Of a stretch of DNA of 64,000 bases, positions 50,365 through 63,270 are shown one piece after another. The DNA is from Octopus sinensis (Eukaryota). Location of the stretch: NCBI RefSeq assembly GCF_006345805.1, contig NC_043000.1, positions 41,416,001 through 41,480,000 on the forward strand, in the 5' to 3' direction. A program made the position numbers and the translations under genes. Every line of letters starts with the position of its first letter. Position 1 is the stretch's first letter. The notes beneath the pieces were generated by a model. The model searched no databases. It was not told where the DNA came from and saw nothing but the letters and a program-made list of their open reading frames with translations.

Positions 50365-51458
50365 AAAGTGTTATTAAGATCAGTTGAGCATATTTTTAAA
50401 GTATCACCGGAAAGACATTAAAATGTGTCTTTTGTAAAATATATATATATATAAATATCTATACAATATGTTACATTACTCGGTAGTCAAGATAAAACTC
50501 TGAGTTTCAGATGCCGAAGTGGAAATCCACAACACCATCTCTTCGGTTATCTGGCTATTTGAAAACGTTATGAAAAAAACGTTATGAAAAAATACCCTAT
50601 TTTTTCATAACGTTTTCAAATAGCCAGATAACCGAAGAGATGGTGTTGTGGATTTCCACTTCATCATCTGAAACTCAGAGTTTTATCTTGACTACCGAGT
50701 AATGTAACATATTGTATAGATAAATTTCCTCTATTTACATAATATTGAGGTCTCTTTCTTTCTTTTGTTATCTTACCGTTTTATCAATATATATATAAAT
50801 ATATATGAATAAGTGAATGAATAAAGAAAAAAGCTGAATGGCGGATGCGTATGCTTCGCATTGACAATCAAGTCTTTATTTGTAAGAATATGGATGAACG
50901 TGGCAAAAATTGTTAAGTTGAATGGTTTTTGTCTCAGCGTGTGCCCATAGTTTGGGGGAGTAACAGTTGGGTGAGGGCTCGTGCCTTTGGTAGTCTGGGT
51001 GATCCTGGATGTTGGGTTCCTTGATTGGTCTTCGTTAGATGTTCTCCTGCGTCAGGAAGGCTGTACCATTCACGGGTCCACATATTTTCTATACTACATA
51101 AATTGAACTTTAAATTGGCGCAGAACATCTAACGAAGACCAATCAAGGAACCCAACATCCAGGATCACCCAGACTACCAAAGGCACGAGCCCTCACCCAA
51201 CTGTTACTCCCCCAAACTATGGGCACGCGCTGAGAGTAAAACCATTAAACTTAACAATTTTTGCCACATTCATCCATATTCTTACAAATAAAGACTTGAT
51301 TGTCAATGCGAAGCATACGCATCCGCCATTCAGCTTTTTTCTTTATTCATTCACTCATTCATATGTATTTATATATATATATATTTTACAAAAGACACAT
51401 TTTAATGTCTTTCCGGTGATACTTTAAAAATATGCTCAACTGATCTTAATAACACTTT
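50365..51458. repeat. Nested inverted-repeat (fold-back) structure
   Basis: Outer arms 50365-50457/51366-51458; palindrome 50456-50722 with a 3-nt loop; ~260-bp arms 50786-51045/51122-51383. Confidence 0.95.
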
Positions 51459-52329
51459 TGTTTAGCGAACAGTTTCGGTTTAACACACCCAAATACGGCA
51501 ACGCTGGTACAAAAGTATAAACTACACACTAAACTGGATAATTTTCATACAGGAAGATAAGAGGTAATAATGTGAAAGTTATTGTATAGAAAGTTGAATA
51601 ACCTCACGATAAGTTGCGACATAATTTAGTCAAACATGCATTCATATACATATAGGTAGACGCATAGACGCATGTACTATCTATGAATTTATGAATGAGT
51701 GCGTACACACACACACATATATACACATACATACATAAATACATACATGCATTAGCTTAACCAGCTTCCTGTCAGAACTGTAGTATTCAAAAGCTCGTCT
51801 TCAGTACCTGTTTGAATACTGCTGTTATTGTTTAGACCTAATTTCACCTTGATTGAGCAGAGACACTTCAGTCATGACCATCCCTTCTTTGTTAATTGTA
51901 TTATTTGGTCTAGATTATCCTGTATATCCTTTCCTTGATGATATAGAGCAAAATGTGGTTGACGGAGATTTAGTTGTTAATACTGTAAATCGAGCAGCCT
52001 CGCAGTAACACTCTTACAAAGCAGCAAAATTAACACAATGTGGCAAAACATTGACTTTTTTTTAGTAAGTAATACTTATTGCATAAACCTAAAACAGAAA
52101 AAAAATGCTTGTTATTCTCGTCAAATATTTTTGTGACCTCAATAATATGCTAAATGCAACTGTTTTCCAGAACATTCCAAACAGATTCGTTGTTGATAGC
52201 TATCAGATTATTTTCTCAAACTTTTCAGATATATAAATTGAACTTTAAGTACGGGGCCCTTCAGCTGCATAAGTAGATACAGCTTTCTGCGTTTATTAGA
52301 GATGATGTTAAAAGGCTGCAAGCATCTAG

Positions 52330-53200
52330 AAAGCAGATTTTGCTTCTGAAAAAATGTCACCTTCTCGAGGCAATTAGACATCGTCTAGAACTCAAACGTG
52401 TGACGCTTCTTCATTCACGGCTCGTTGAGGTGCATCACATTTGTGCTGCCCCGTAATTGGAAAAAGTACCCATCTGTTTTCCTGTGTTACTCAATTCACA
52501 TCAAAGAAGTGTACAAAAATGCCAAGACCTGCTAACGATTTAAGGTATGGTGAATATGTTTGGGAGATAATCGCGAACTTCAAAGTGGTAACATTCCTGT
52601 TGGGTCTTGAAGGCAGCTTCAATACGCTTTGCATCTTGGCCTTTGCAACAGTATAGACACCGTGGCGTACTATCGCACGCAAACAGTAGTAGCTACAACG
52701 AAACGATTTTTCTCTGGGGAGGAACAACGTCATGTACGAGTCATCGGTGGACCACTGGAAGGTATTGTTCCCACCATGCAACGTAAAACATGGTCTCATA
52801 TAATAATTTGTCACAGCTCTTAATGAAAAGCCAGTAAACTACTTAATTTCATGGCTTCTTTCCTAGGCTGCCTAGGCCAAAGCAGTTGTAGTTTGCTAGA
52901 CCACAGATAAAAAATATCTTGGAGTGAAAGGAATAACTCAATGTGTTCAGTGGAAATGATAAAACTAGGGATAGCTTTCTCGTTGTAAACGGAGATTCTC
53001 GGAGCTGGTTGAGACGCTGATGAAGGAAAAATTACAGAAAAATAGAATACATTTTGTACTTTATAGCGTACTCAGAAAAGTAAGGGATGCGCTTCCACCA
53101 AGAATCACAAAATTTTTAACGCTGTTACCAAGAAGCGCTTAGCGTGGATGTTATGGGAAGCTGTATCTGGTGGGAGAGATACGGGAAATTAAGTTACATT
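52330..53200 (+). pseudogene. Chapaev (CMC superfamily)-like transposase relic
   Basis: *RFFIHGS...KYPSV...SIHIKEVY; WEIIANFKVVTFLLG; GRNNVMYESSVDHWKVLFPPCNVKHGLI..FVTAL; GMRFHQE...CYQ; collinear with WRLFIDSS / DLKVV.FLLG / PPLHIKLGL..FVKAL / GERFHQD as I recall them for Chapaev3-type transposases. Confidence 0.7.
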
Positions 53201-53737
53201 AAATTCACAAACTTCTAGAAACTAGTCACTTCTAAACTTGAAGTTCACTTTTGTATGACCTAAGTATAACGATAAACTAAATATGCTTCATATGTGTTTT
53301 ACTAACTTACATGAAGGAGAATGCGCAAGTTGGCCTGCTTTCCCAGAAGAAATAGGGAAATTTTAAAATATCATTTTTTCAGGTTCAACAGATAAATTTC
53401 GATGGAATTATTTGCAGCGGTGAGGGTTGCAGTGGCGATTGTAGTGGTGGTGGTGGTAGCGGGATGATAACGATGCTTGCTTTTTTGTTTTAGCTATATA
53501 TCACAACTAATCGATAAGAATGATGATCGAATGAGCATTTAGCTGTGGTCAGTCAATTTTGTTTTCCAAATATACGGCGCCTTAAACTATATTTTGAAGA
53601 ATGTCTTTCCATTATTTGTAGCGTGTAATTTAAGAGAATATTACCTATTATTTTTAGCTTATAGGGTGACCGGGTAGATGACAACTCTTTGACACGAGAT
53701 ATTTCCCTCGATGTATGGACATGCTGTTAGCATTGAT

Positions 53738-53750
53738 TAATGATGATGAT

Positions 53751-53787
<37 letters not shown>

Positions 53788-53815
53788 AATGATGATGATG
53801 ATGATGATGATGATA
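53738..53815. repeat. (GAT)n microsatellite
   Basis: Direct reading. Confidence 0.95.
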
Positions 53816-54164
53816 ACGACGATAGTAATCAGACAATAACAAAGATGGTGACGACAACGAAAACGATTATAATGATCATTGTGACAGTTATCAGAACAGA
53901 ATAGGAAGGGATTAAAGGAAGACAAATGAGAAGATGATTGCTATTTATGAGTTCCTGAAAGAAAGCAATTGACCAAGAGTGTACAGGTGTGCATAAGCGT
54001 TGGGTATGTGTGCGTGTATATGTTTATGAGTATCGTACATACGACTGAGTCCAATGTGCCTGTCTTTGTGTCGGTTCATGAGTATGCGTTAGATTTATTA
54101 TGCCTTTGTGGGATAAAGGCAGTGATAGGAGTCAAAAGGCATATCGATAATTATATGTAATAAC

Positions 54165-54190
54165 TGTATATATATATATGTATTTATATT

Positions 54191-54245
<55 letters not shown>

Positions 54246-54544
54246 ATATATATATTATATATATATATTTGTGTGTGGTGGTGTATGTATGTATGTATGT
54301 ATGTAGTCTGTATGTGTATGTATGTATGTATGTAGTATGTATGTATATATGTTTGTATGTATATATATGTGTGTATGTGTCTATATATAATGCACAAACG
54401 TGCATATATATATATATATATATATATATTGCTGTTTTTACTGAGATCTCCCTTTTTAGTAGAAGAAATAGCTATAACCCTTTGACTGCTATTTCTAAAT
54501 TCGGTATGTGGTAAGGCAATTCGTTGCTAAACCCTTATTGCTTA

Positions 54545-54595
<51 letters not shown>

Positions 54596-54645
54596 AGAGA
54601 GATAAATGGAACACAAACTGAGAGAAAGAAATAGATAGATAGATG

Positions 54646-54687
<42 letters not shown>

Positions 54688-54688
54688 G

Positions 54689-54723
<35 letters not shown>

Positions 54724-54864
54724 AGATAGATAGATAGATATAAAAGATAGGTTAAGAGAAATTGATTGCTTAATAGAAAAGTAGGTAACTAAATAAATAC
54801 GTACGAGTGTTCGGAAAACACAACGCTTATGTGTATAATTGGATAATATATAATTATATATATA

Positions 54865-54942
<78 letters not shown>

Positions 54943-54948
54943 TATATT

Positions 54949-54981
<33 letters not shown>

Positions 54982-55166
54982 ATATATATTTATATCATCT
55001 ATCATCTATTTATCTATCTGTCTATCTATCTATCTATCGATCTATCTATCTATCTATATATATATTATATATATAAATATAAATATCCACACACACACGC
55101 ACACATACATATATATACCATGACTATATATATAAATATATATATATATATATAAATGTATATATA

Positions 55167-55217
<51 letters not shown>

Positions 55218-55325
55218 TATATATATACAAATATATATATATATATAATATATATATTATATATATATATATTATATATATATCATATACATAATATATA
55301 ATATATATATATATATAATATACAT

Positions 55326-55368
<43 letters not shown>

Positions 55369-55400
55369 ATATATATATACACATATATACTCACACACAT
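54165..55400. repeat. (TA)n/(GATA)n/(TATC)n microsatellite field
   Basis: Direct reading. Confidence 0.92.
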
Positions 55401-55760
55401 GCACACATACAGACAGATACACAAATGTACATTTAATTATAGACAGCCAGGCAGTCAGGCCTCCAAAAGGGAAATGAAAATCCAGTGACAACTGAATGAA
55501 ACGAACTCATAAAAAAAAAACTTCCCCGAAAGCCCGCAAAAATCAAACCAGTATCCGCATACAACCTATTCATAAAATCATACTGATGTTCTATTATATG
55601 GCACGTTATGGGGATTATGCATTCTCTCATGCGTGACTTATTGTTTCTTGAAGCTACCGAATAATGATGCACTTGTATTTGTATGTACGTATGGGAATGT
55701 GTGTGTTTGTGTGTGTGTGTGTGTACATAAATGCATACATACATACGTTCATATAATCAT

Positions 55761-55795
<35 letters not shown>

Positions 55796-57049
55796 AATGT
55801 ATGTATGTATATATGTATGTATAATAATATACATATATGTATGTATGATAAATCTATGTATACACACATACATGTATGCATATATGCATATATATATGTA
55901 TGTATATATTGCGTTTCTATTGTTGACTATGTCATGCCTGTGTATATTTGTGTGTGGTTGTTTGTTTGTGTGTCGGGGCTATGTGTATGTATGGTTATGT
56001 GTGTGTATTCATTCAGTCGTATCAAACTGCTTATCCGTCGGATGTTTGTTTATAAGGGGGAAGCTTTGATAATTGAGTAGGATTTAAGTTGGTCACGGCG
56101 GCGGTAATGGTGATAATGTAGCGTTGTTTCAATAGCTTGTCGTGGTATTTGAGCTGACACTGTTGAAGTGATTATAGTGGTGGCATTGATAATGGTTTTA
56201 TTGTTGTTGTTGCTTTTATTGTCTGTTATTGTCATGGTTATTGTACTATTAAAGTAGAGGATAAAGTTGGGTTTCTGGTCCTGAGTTTCTGAGCGAGTTT
56301 CCATCCATTTGCCTACCCACTACCTCAAGAAATTAGAATCCACAGAAAAGATATTGTGTTAGGACAGTAGCCGCTCTGAGGTGGTCTTTACCTGCTAGAA
56401 GTAGAAGCTAAATCTTGCTTAAATTTCATCCTATAATTTTAAAATGAACTCATTTGATAGTATATTCCTACACGCTGTACACTATACCCGAAAAAAACCC
56501 AAAAAAACATGAGCCTTATATCTGAGATGTTTCTGACGAGGTCTGATAATTAAGCTGTGAAGAGACAAGCCAATAACTGTTTACGCTTTCGGAACCTCTG
56601 AGAATGTTAGAATGAAAATAGATGAAGTTTATTCTTAAATAGGTGACCTAGTGCTAATGCTTGCAACAGACAGAACGCCATTAAAGCCATTGAAGGATCG
56701 GGCGAAGGTATTTATCCGAACGCAAGATTAACTCTCTCTCTTTCCTCTTTCTTCTCTCCTCTCCTCTCCCTCTACCCCCTTTCTCCCGTCATGTACGATA
56801 CCTATAGGTTTCGGAATTGTGGGACCAGAGCCTAAAAATTCATGATTTTTCTTGGAAAAGACGTAACAGTTCCTGTGAACTTCTGTTGACTTTCTGTTGA
56901 CTTCTGCAGCTTCGGTTAGAATTTACCCTGCTTGCATCTTGTTCTCCCGAGCCTACTCTTGAAGCATAGTGATTACCTAACCCTTTGAAGAAAAACTGGT
57001 TCACCTGACATCAGAGCTTGTATACACCCCTGAGAACGTTCGTCGCTCA

Positions 57050-57180
57050 TGAAATCGGTACTGACTTCATATGAACCTGTATGCTTGTTGGCATTCAGTC
57101 TCATACTTTGACCCATACTTGGGTGTGTCTCTTGACAGGGCTTGTCAACTTAAATCATTTCGGACCTGGGAGTAGTGATT
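57050..57180 (+). pseudogene. Possible LINE RT relic
   Basis: PYLGVSLDR resembles the KYLGV.LDR motif of non-LTR RTs; little else is recognisable. Confidence 0.25.
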
Positions 57181-57813
57181 TCAAGGGGTAAATTCGTACT
57201 CACCAAAACTTCTGAACTCTCCAGCATCAACGGATGCCGTTTAATATTCTACACAAGACAGAATAGTTCAAGAACTCAAACCCCAAAGAAGCACCGGAAC
57301 AAATACTTCAAGGCATCTCGTTCAATGCGCTAATATTTCCGCCAATCCACCGCTTTGGAGTGATATCCATTTTATCGCCCCCAAAAGAGCGAGTCGCAAA
57401 GTCGACCTAGAAGAGATTTGAACACAGAACGCCGCAGTCAGAACAAATTCCACAAAATAGCTTCAACTATGGTGCTAAAAGAGAAACAACTAAAAAGCGT
57501 AAATTGAAAGCAAGAACAGTATGTGAGTGTACACCTTTCTCCGCTCAGGTTTGCTGCAGATAACTTATAAAAGTTTACCCGTTGTCAGCTTCAGAAGTCT
57601 CGGAGGGTCAATACAGCGCCTCTACTTGACGAGGCTATATAAATTTAACCGAGATAGCTAGACCCAGTGGTTTTCAACTGGGGTCAATATGGCCCTTGTG
57701 GGGTTCATGTAAGATTTTGTTGTTTAAATTTGCTTACACTGCTATAATGCACAAATTAAAACAAAATTATACAATCCCTAGTAACATTTAATTATAAAAA
57801 TACAGTAGTTTAT

Positions 57814-57814
<1 letters not shown>

Positions 57815-57911
<97 letters not shown>
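57815..57911. repeat. (GATA)n microsatellite
   Basis: Direct reading. Confidence 0.95.
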
Positions 57912-58290
57912 CTAATAGTGAAGGATTATCAATCCGGGCAAAATAATTTATTAGCTTTCTGTTGGTACACCGGGCTAACAATATTGTTTAGATTTGTGAA
58001 GAACTCCAATATTCTTATGGCAATTTATGGTTCATCACAATTCTATATAGTAAATCCGTGGTTGGGATCCTGTCAAACTGCTTTTTACACAGAGTGGTAT
58101 ATAAGAAAGGTATAAATAATGGCTATTAGATATTTTTGTCTTTACTCTAATAGAGATACACACACACAGACACACACACACACACACACACGTCAGTCTC
58201 ATATATTGGTCTGCGTAAAAATGTCAACAAGAAGAGTGCTCCATCTAATGAGTGTTCAACATTAATATGTGCGTTTCACTCCAAATATAT

Positions 58291-58524
58291 ATATTTCTTT
58301 ACTACTCACAAGGGGCTAAACATAGAGGGGACAAATAAGGACAGACAAACGGATTAAGTCGATTATATCGACCCCAGTGCGTAACTGGTACTTATTGAAT
58401 CGACCCCGAAAGGATGAAAGGCAAAGTCGACCTCGGCGGAATTTGAACTCAGAACGTAAAGACAGACGAAATACCGCTAAGCATTTCGCCCGGCGTGCTA
58501 ATGATTCTGCCAGCTCGCCGCCTT
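58291..58524 (-). mobile_element. S2 SINE monomer (tail I) with 18-bp TSD
   Basis: gtttcactccaaatatat at 58273-58290 and 58525-58542. Confidence 0.92.
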
Positions 58525-58839
58525 GTTTCACTCCAAATATATTACACGTGCTATTAATAGTTTCACGTACATGTCAAGCACGATCATCAGGTGTTGATTA
58601 TTCTATGAAACCAAGATCTTATGATTATTTTCGATTTAAATCATCTGAACGCTCTCCATCGGTTCAGTTTGGTATCTCACCTGTAGTGGAATCTTCCATT
58701 AAATATGATTAGTTTCACCATCGCCTCTCGCCCGGTCTTCTATTTAAACTTCGAATGTTTGTTCTAAATTATAACATATATAAATAATCCTCTCTTTCTT
58801 TAATACCGAGGTCTCATTCTTTTGTTGCTATATTTATTA

Positions 58840-58897
<58 letters not shown>

Positions 58898-59446
58898 GAG
58901 TGAGCGAGCAGAGCATGCCATCAAAGTGACACTGGGGTAAAATATACGAAGCCCAGTATACCCATCATGACTACCCGTCTGATAAGGGTACACCAGGCAC
59001 ATGCATCACAACCATATGTGCGCGACATGGTGATCTCATATCAAGATAAACAGCACATGACCGTGCAGGTGGAGCCCAGTTAGAATTTTCTTCAGATCGA
59101 GTAACCCATCCCGCCAAAAGGTCCCTGAATAAAGGTTGTTTAAGGACGTTGAACGAAACACCCATGTTTCCAGAGGTGAATATTCAAACCCCAAAGAATC
59201 CTTCTCAACACATGGCTATGATGCTCCCCCACTACTTCTGCTCGTGATCAGAGATGCACATATCGTCAGCCACCAAGGGACATGCTCAACTGGTTATGGT
59301 CAAACAACTGACAAGCAAATCTGTGGATTGAGCAGAATATTTGCTGTAGCCATCTTTTATACCAAGACAAAACAATGTACATGATAACACTTCCAATCAG
59401 TTAAGATCAGAAGCCATGAGAGCCACTGCTGGTACTGCATCAGGAT
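58898..59446 (-). mobile_element. ~550-bp non-coding element in a (TAA)n array (element A, copy 1)
   Basis: Flanked by (TAT)n on both sides; second copy at 60264-60632; strand inferred from the neighbouring R4-like elements. Confidence 0.7.
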
Positions 59447-59556
59447 TAATTTATTATTATTAGATATTATTATTATTATATTATATTATTATTTATGTTA
59501 TTGTTATTATTGTTGTTGTTGTTGTTGTTGTTATTATTATTATTATTATTATTATA

Positions 59557-59593
<37 letters not shown>

Positions 59594-59595
<2 letters not shown>

Positions 59596-60197
59596 TTAGG
59601 TTTTATTTTTTAGCGTGCTTTCACTTCACTACCGAGTGCAGCTCAGTGTACTTGGGTATGTGCTGTGATTTGTTGTGATGCTCTGATGGTTATTGTATGG
59701 AAAGTGTTCTGCGTAGGATGTGTGCAGTGCCTAGTAGTGCAATTTTCTGTATGTTATATGTGTTTGTAAGTCCTGGTGTTTTTGTTGTGTATTTGTCTGA
59801 ATATTTTTTCATCATGCCTAATGCACCTATTATGATAGGGATTGTTTCTGTTTTTAGATTCCACATTCTGGTTACCTCTATTTCCAAATCTTTGTATTTT
59901 GAAAGTTTCTCCATTTCTTTTAGAGAAACGTTGTCATCTGCCGGTATTGATACATCAAATAGAAAGCTTTTTTTTTTCTTCATGATCTCTGACAACTATA
60001 TCTGGTCTGTTGGCCTTAATTTCTCTATCTGTGTGTATCGGCATATCCCAGAGTATGGTTGCTTTCTCGTTGCCTATGACCTTTTCTGGTATGTGCCTAT
60101 ACCATCTTTTTTCTGTTGTTATTCCATAATGTTGGCATAGCTTCCAGTGTATGTAGGTTCCAACTCTGTCATGTCTGTGAATATATTCCTTCTTAGC

Positions 60198-60200
<3 letters not shown>
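59594..60200 (-). mobile_element. R4/Dong-like 3' end, lineage b
   Basis: AKKEYIHRHDRVGTYIHWKLC...ILWDMPIHTDREIKANRPDIV; FDVSIP...KYKDLEIEVTRMW...IPIIIGALG...IQKIALLGTAHILRRTL; (TAA)n on both sides; 3' UTR unlike lineage a. Confidence 0.9.
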
Positions 60201-60263
<63 letters not shown>

Positions 60264-60264
<1 letters not shown>

Positions 60265-60632
60265 TTCTTCAGGTCGAGTAGCCCATCCCACTCAAAAGGT
60301 CCCTGAATAAGGATTGTTTAAGGATGCTGAACAAAACATCCATGTTTTCGAAGGTGAAGTATCCAAATCCCAAAGGATTACTCTCAACACATGGCTATGA
60401 TGCTCCCCAACTACTTCTGCTTGTGATCAGAGATGCACGTATCGTCAGCCAATAAGGGACATGCTCAACTGGTTGAGATCAAACAATTGACAAGCAAATC
60501 TGTGGTATTGAGCAGTATATTTGCTGTTAGCTCATCTTTTATACCAAGCCAAAACAATGTATATGATAATACCTCCAAACAATTAAGATAAAAAGCCCTG
60601 AGAGCCACTGCCTGGTACTGCATCAGGGCATT
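60264..60632 (-). mobile_element. Element A, copy 2 (shorter)
   Basis: Aligns to ~59085-59446; (TAT)n on both sides. Confidence 0.7.
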
Positions 60633-60643
60633 TATTATTATCA

Positions 60644-60704
<61 letters not shown>

Positions 60705-60940
60705 GCCTTTGCGCAGCTTCTAACGCTGGAGATGTATTACCGCGTCAGCTGTTTACTACGAGTGAACTATGGTAACACTTCTTATTTTTCGAGCACCTTC
60801 CGGAGTATTTAAGTGGTTCCAAGCGGTGCTGTTTTCTGCAAGTGCTCCACTCTTATTGCAGCCCCCATTTGTTCCACGTACTTCTCTTGATATTTGCTTA
60901 CTGTTCCCAGAGCTCCGACAATCACAAGAATTTCACAAGC
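60705..60940 (-). mobile_element. R4/Dong-like extreme 3' end, lineage c
   Basis: VIVGALGTVSKYQEKYVEQMGAAIRVEHLQKTAPLGTT*ILRKVLEK*, then a short UTR and an (AAT)n tail. Confidence 0.8.
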
Positions 60941-62742
60941 ACTAACCATGCAACTACTACTACTACCACCACCACCACCACCACCACCACCACTACTACT
61001 GCTACTACTACTACCACAACCACCACCATCAACACCACCACCACCACCATCAACACCACCACCACCACCACTATCACCAACTTACGATCAAGTTTTTACT
61101 GTGTCTCTGTGTTCATGATCTATTTCTTTCTATTAAACCAATTTCCCTATCTATTGTGAACTTTCTAATGGCTGCTACATGACGTTTCATCACATACACA
61201 TATACTTATGCATCAATTAGTTTTCTTGTCTTTTTCTCTCCTCCCTTGTATTGAATTCAGTCTTAATTTCTGAATTGATTTGCATCTCCATTCAAATTTT
61301 CATCACTTATAATACTTTATTTCCAATAATGTTTTTCTGAATTTTCTCCTTTTTTTAATAGCCATTTCAATCAGTATAAATGATTTACACTATCTCCTTT
61401 TTTTTATATTAGACTCACCTCTGCTTTTCTGTTTTTTCGTTAAGGTCAACCGCTTGAGTCTCTTTGTGCATGCGTATGCATAGAAGACGGTAATTTCTAA
61501 GTTAAAGTGAACATTTTTCTGTATGGGAGGAAGTTTAACGACTACAATTTGTAGAAACATTAATGAATTTGTTAACTCTACGATATCTTGCATTGATTTC
61601 AGTTAGTTTCTGGAGCTAAGAATTGAAGCGAATGCATCATCATCTGTCTACATCTCTACAACTTGCAACAGAATGGACTCTTCGAAAGGTATCCAGGTTC
61701 TAGGTGCTACTGTTCTGGGTGCTTCTCAAATACAGTACAATCGATAGGCTTATGCACAAGCAAGGACTGGATTAGCTGAATTTTCTGTCTATCCGGGTTG
61801 ACAATGAATCTGTAACAGGAAAATTTCTCCCCAAGGCGCAAGTTTAGGTCTTTATTTTTTTCATATAGAAGACCAGCAGTTGCTAATCAAACAGTTTTTC
61901 CCCTCCCCCACGCCGGCAATTTTGTGCAAGGGAAAAACAAGAGCGGCTCCAGCTTGGCATCTGGGTCGTCACAAGCGATTTCAGATCGTAAACAACCGAA
62001 AAAATACATGCCACACAGAATTTTATCAGAGGTTCTAATAATTCATTCTGACTTCGGATGAAATATTATTTTATCGACCCCGGAAGGATAAAAGTTATAT
62101 TTGATTCTGGGGCAATATGAACTCATACATAGAAGTGGAAGAAATATGCCACAAAGAATTTTGTCAGATGTCCCAACAATTCAGTTCAACTTAGACTGGA
62201 ATTTTGTCTATCAACTCCAGGAGGATGAAAGGTCTGAGTTCAAATCACATCGAACCGATTTGAATTTAGACCGTAAAGGGCTAGAACAAACATACAGTAA
62301 AGCATTTTGTTCGATATTCTTGCGAATATATCTTGCCGATATATCGCCTTCACTAACACAAGGTGTTGATAAATATTGTATGAATTTTAATAGCAGCTGA
62401 TATATATTCACTATTGAGCAAGAAGCTGGGTTGCTGTCTTAACCTCTCGTCGACCCTTGTGGCACCAATAATCTGACCTTGAATATTTTTAGAGAAATCC
62501 GCTACGTTTGTAAGCATCTGGTTTGAGAATAATTTCTTCCTGTCTTCTCATCGCTACCAGAAGTTCTAAAATGGGTTATGGGCGTGCTACTTCAGCCACT
62601 GATGAGTGAACTTCCGGTAAGCAGAACACTTTTGAATCAAGCAGTAACGCTCGAGTAAACAGGACATCCTCAGATGATATCCACTTCTCTTTGGCCCCCA
62701 CTTATCCTTCGACACACATATATACAAAGATGCACACTCATA

Positions 62743-62836
62743 CACACATACATACATACATACATACATACATACATGCATACCTACATACATACATACA
62801 TACATACATACATACATACATACATACATACATACA

Positions 62837-62865
<29 letters not shown>
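62743..62865. repeat. (TACA)n microsatellite
   Basis: Direct reading. Confidence 0.95.
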
Positions 62866-62867
<2 letters not shown>

Positions 62868-63079
62868 CTGTATCCGTTGCAGCCATCATTATCGATAATA
62901 AAAATCCCCATACCAGCCCCGCTATCACCACTACTGCTCCCACAGGCCTAACAAACAACAACAAGATTTTAACACCCCCGCTGCCCGCTTACCACTATTA
63001 TGACCGTCATTACCAGCACCACCGCTACCATCATCAACTTTCCACCACTAGCACCAAAACCAACAACAGCACCAAAAGT

Positions 63080-63270
63080 GGAGGCGCAATGGCCCAGTGG
63101 TTAGGGCAGCGGACTCGCGGACGTAATAGCGCGGAATCGATTCCCAGACCGGGCATTGTGAGAGTTTATTGAGCAAAAACACCTAAGCTCCACGACGCTC
63201 CGGCGGAGGGTGGTGGTGAACTCCGCTGTACTCTTTCCCCACAACCTTCTCTCACTCTTTCTTCCTACTT
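63080..63270 (+). mobile_element. S3 SINE, 5' part
   Basis: ggaggcgcaatggcccagtggttagggcagcggactcgcgg...attcccagaccggg. Confidence 0.88.

Noticed and set aside
61390-61900. Possible LINE RT relic on the minus strand
   Set aside because: Only a vague DDDA similarity; motifs not convincing.
62599-62660. CTGATGAG followed by a gtg/cac stem
   Set aside because: No GAAA after the stem; not a hammerhead.
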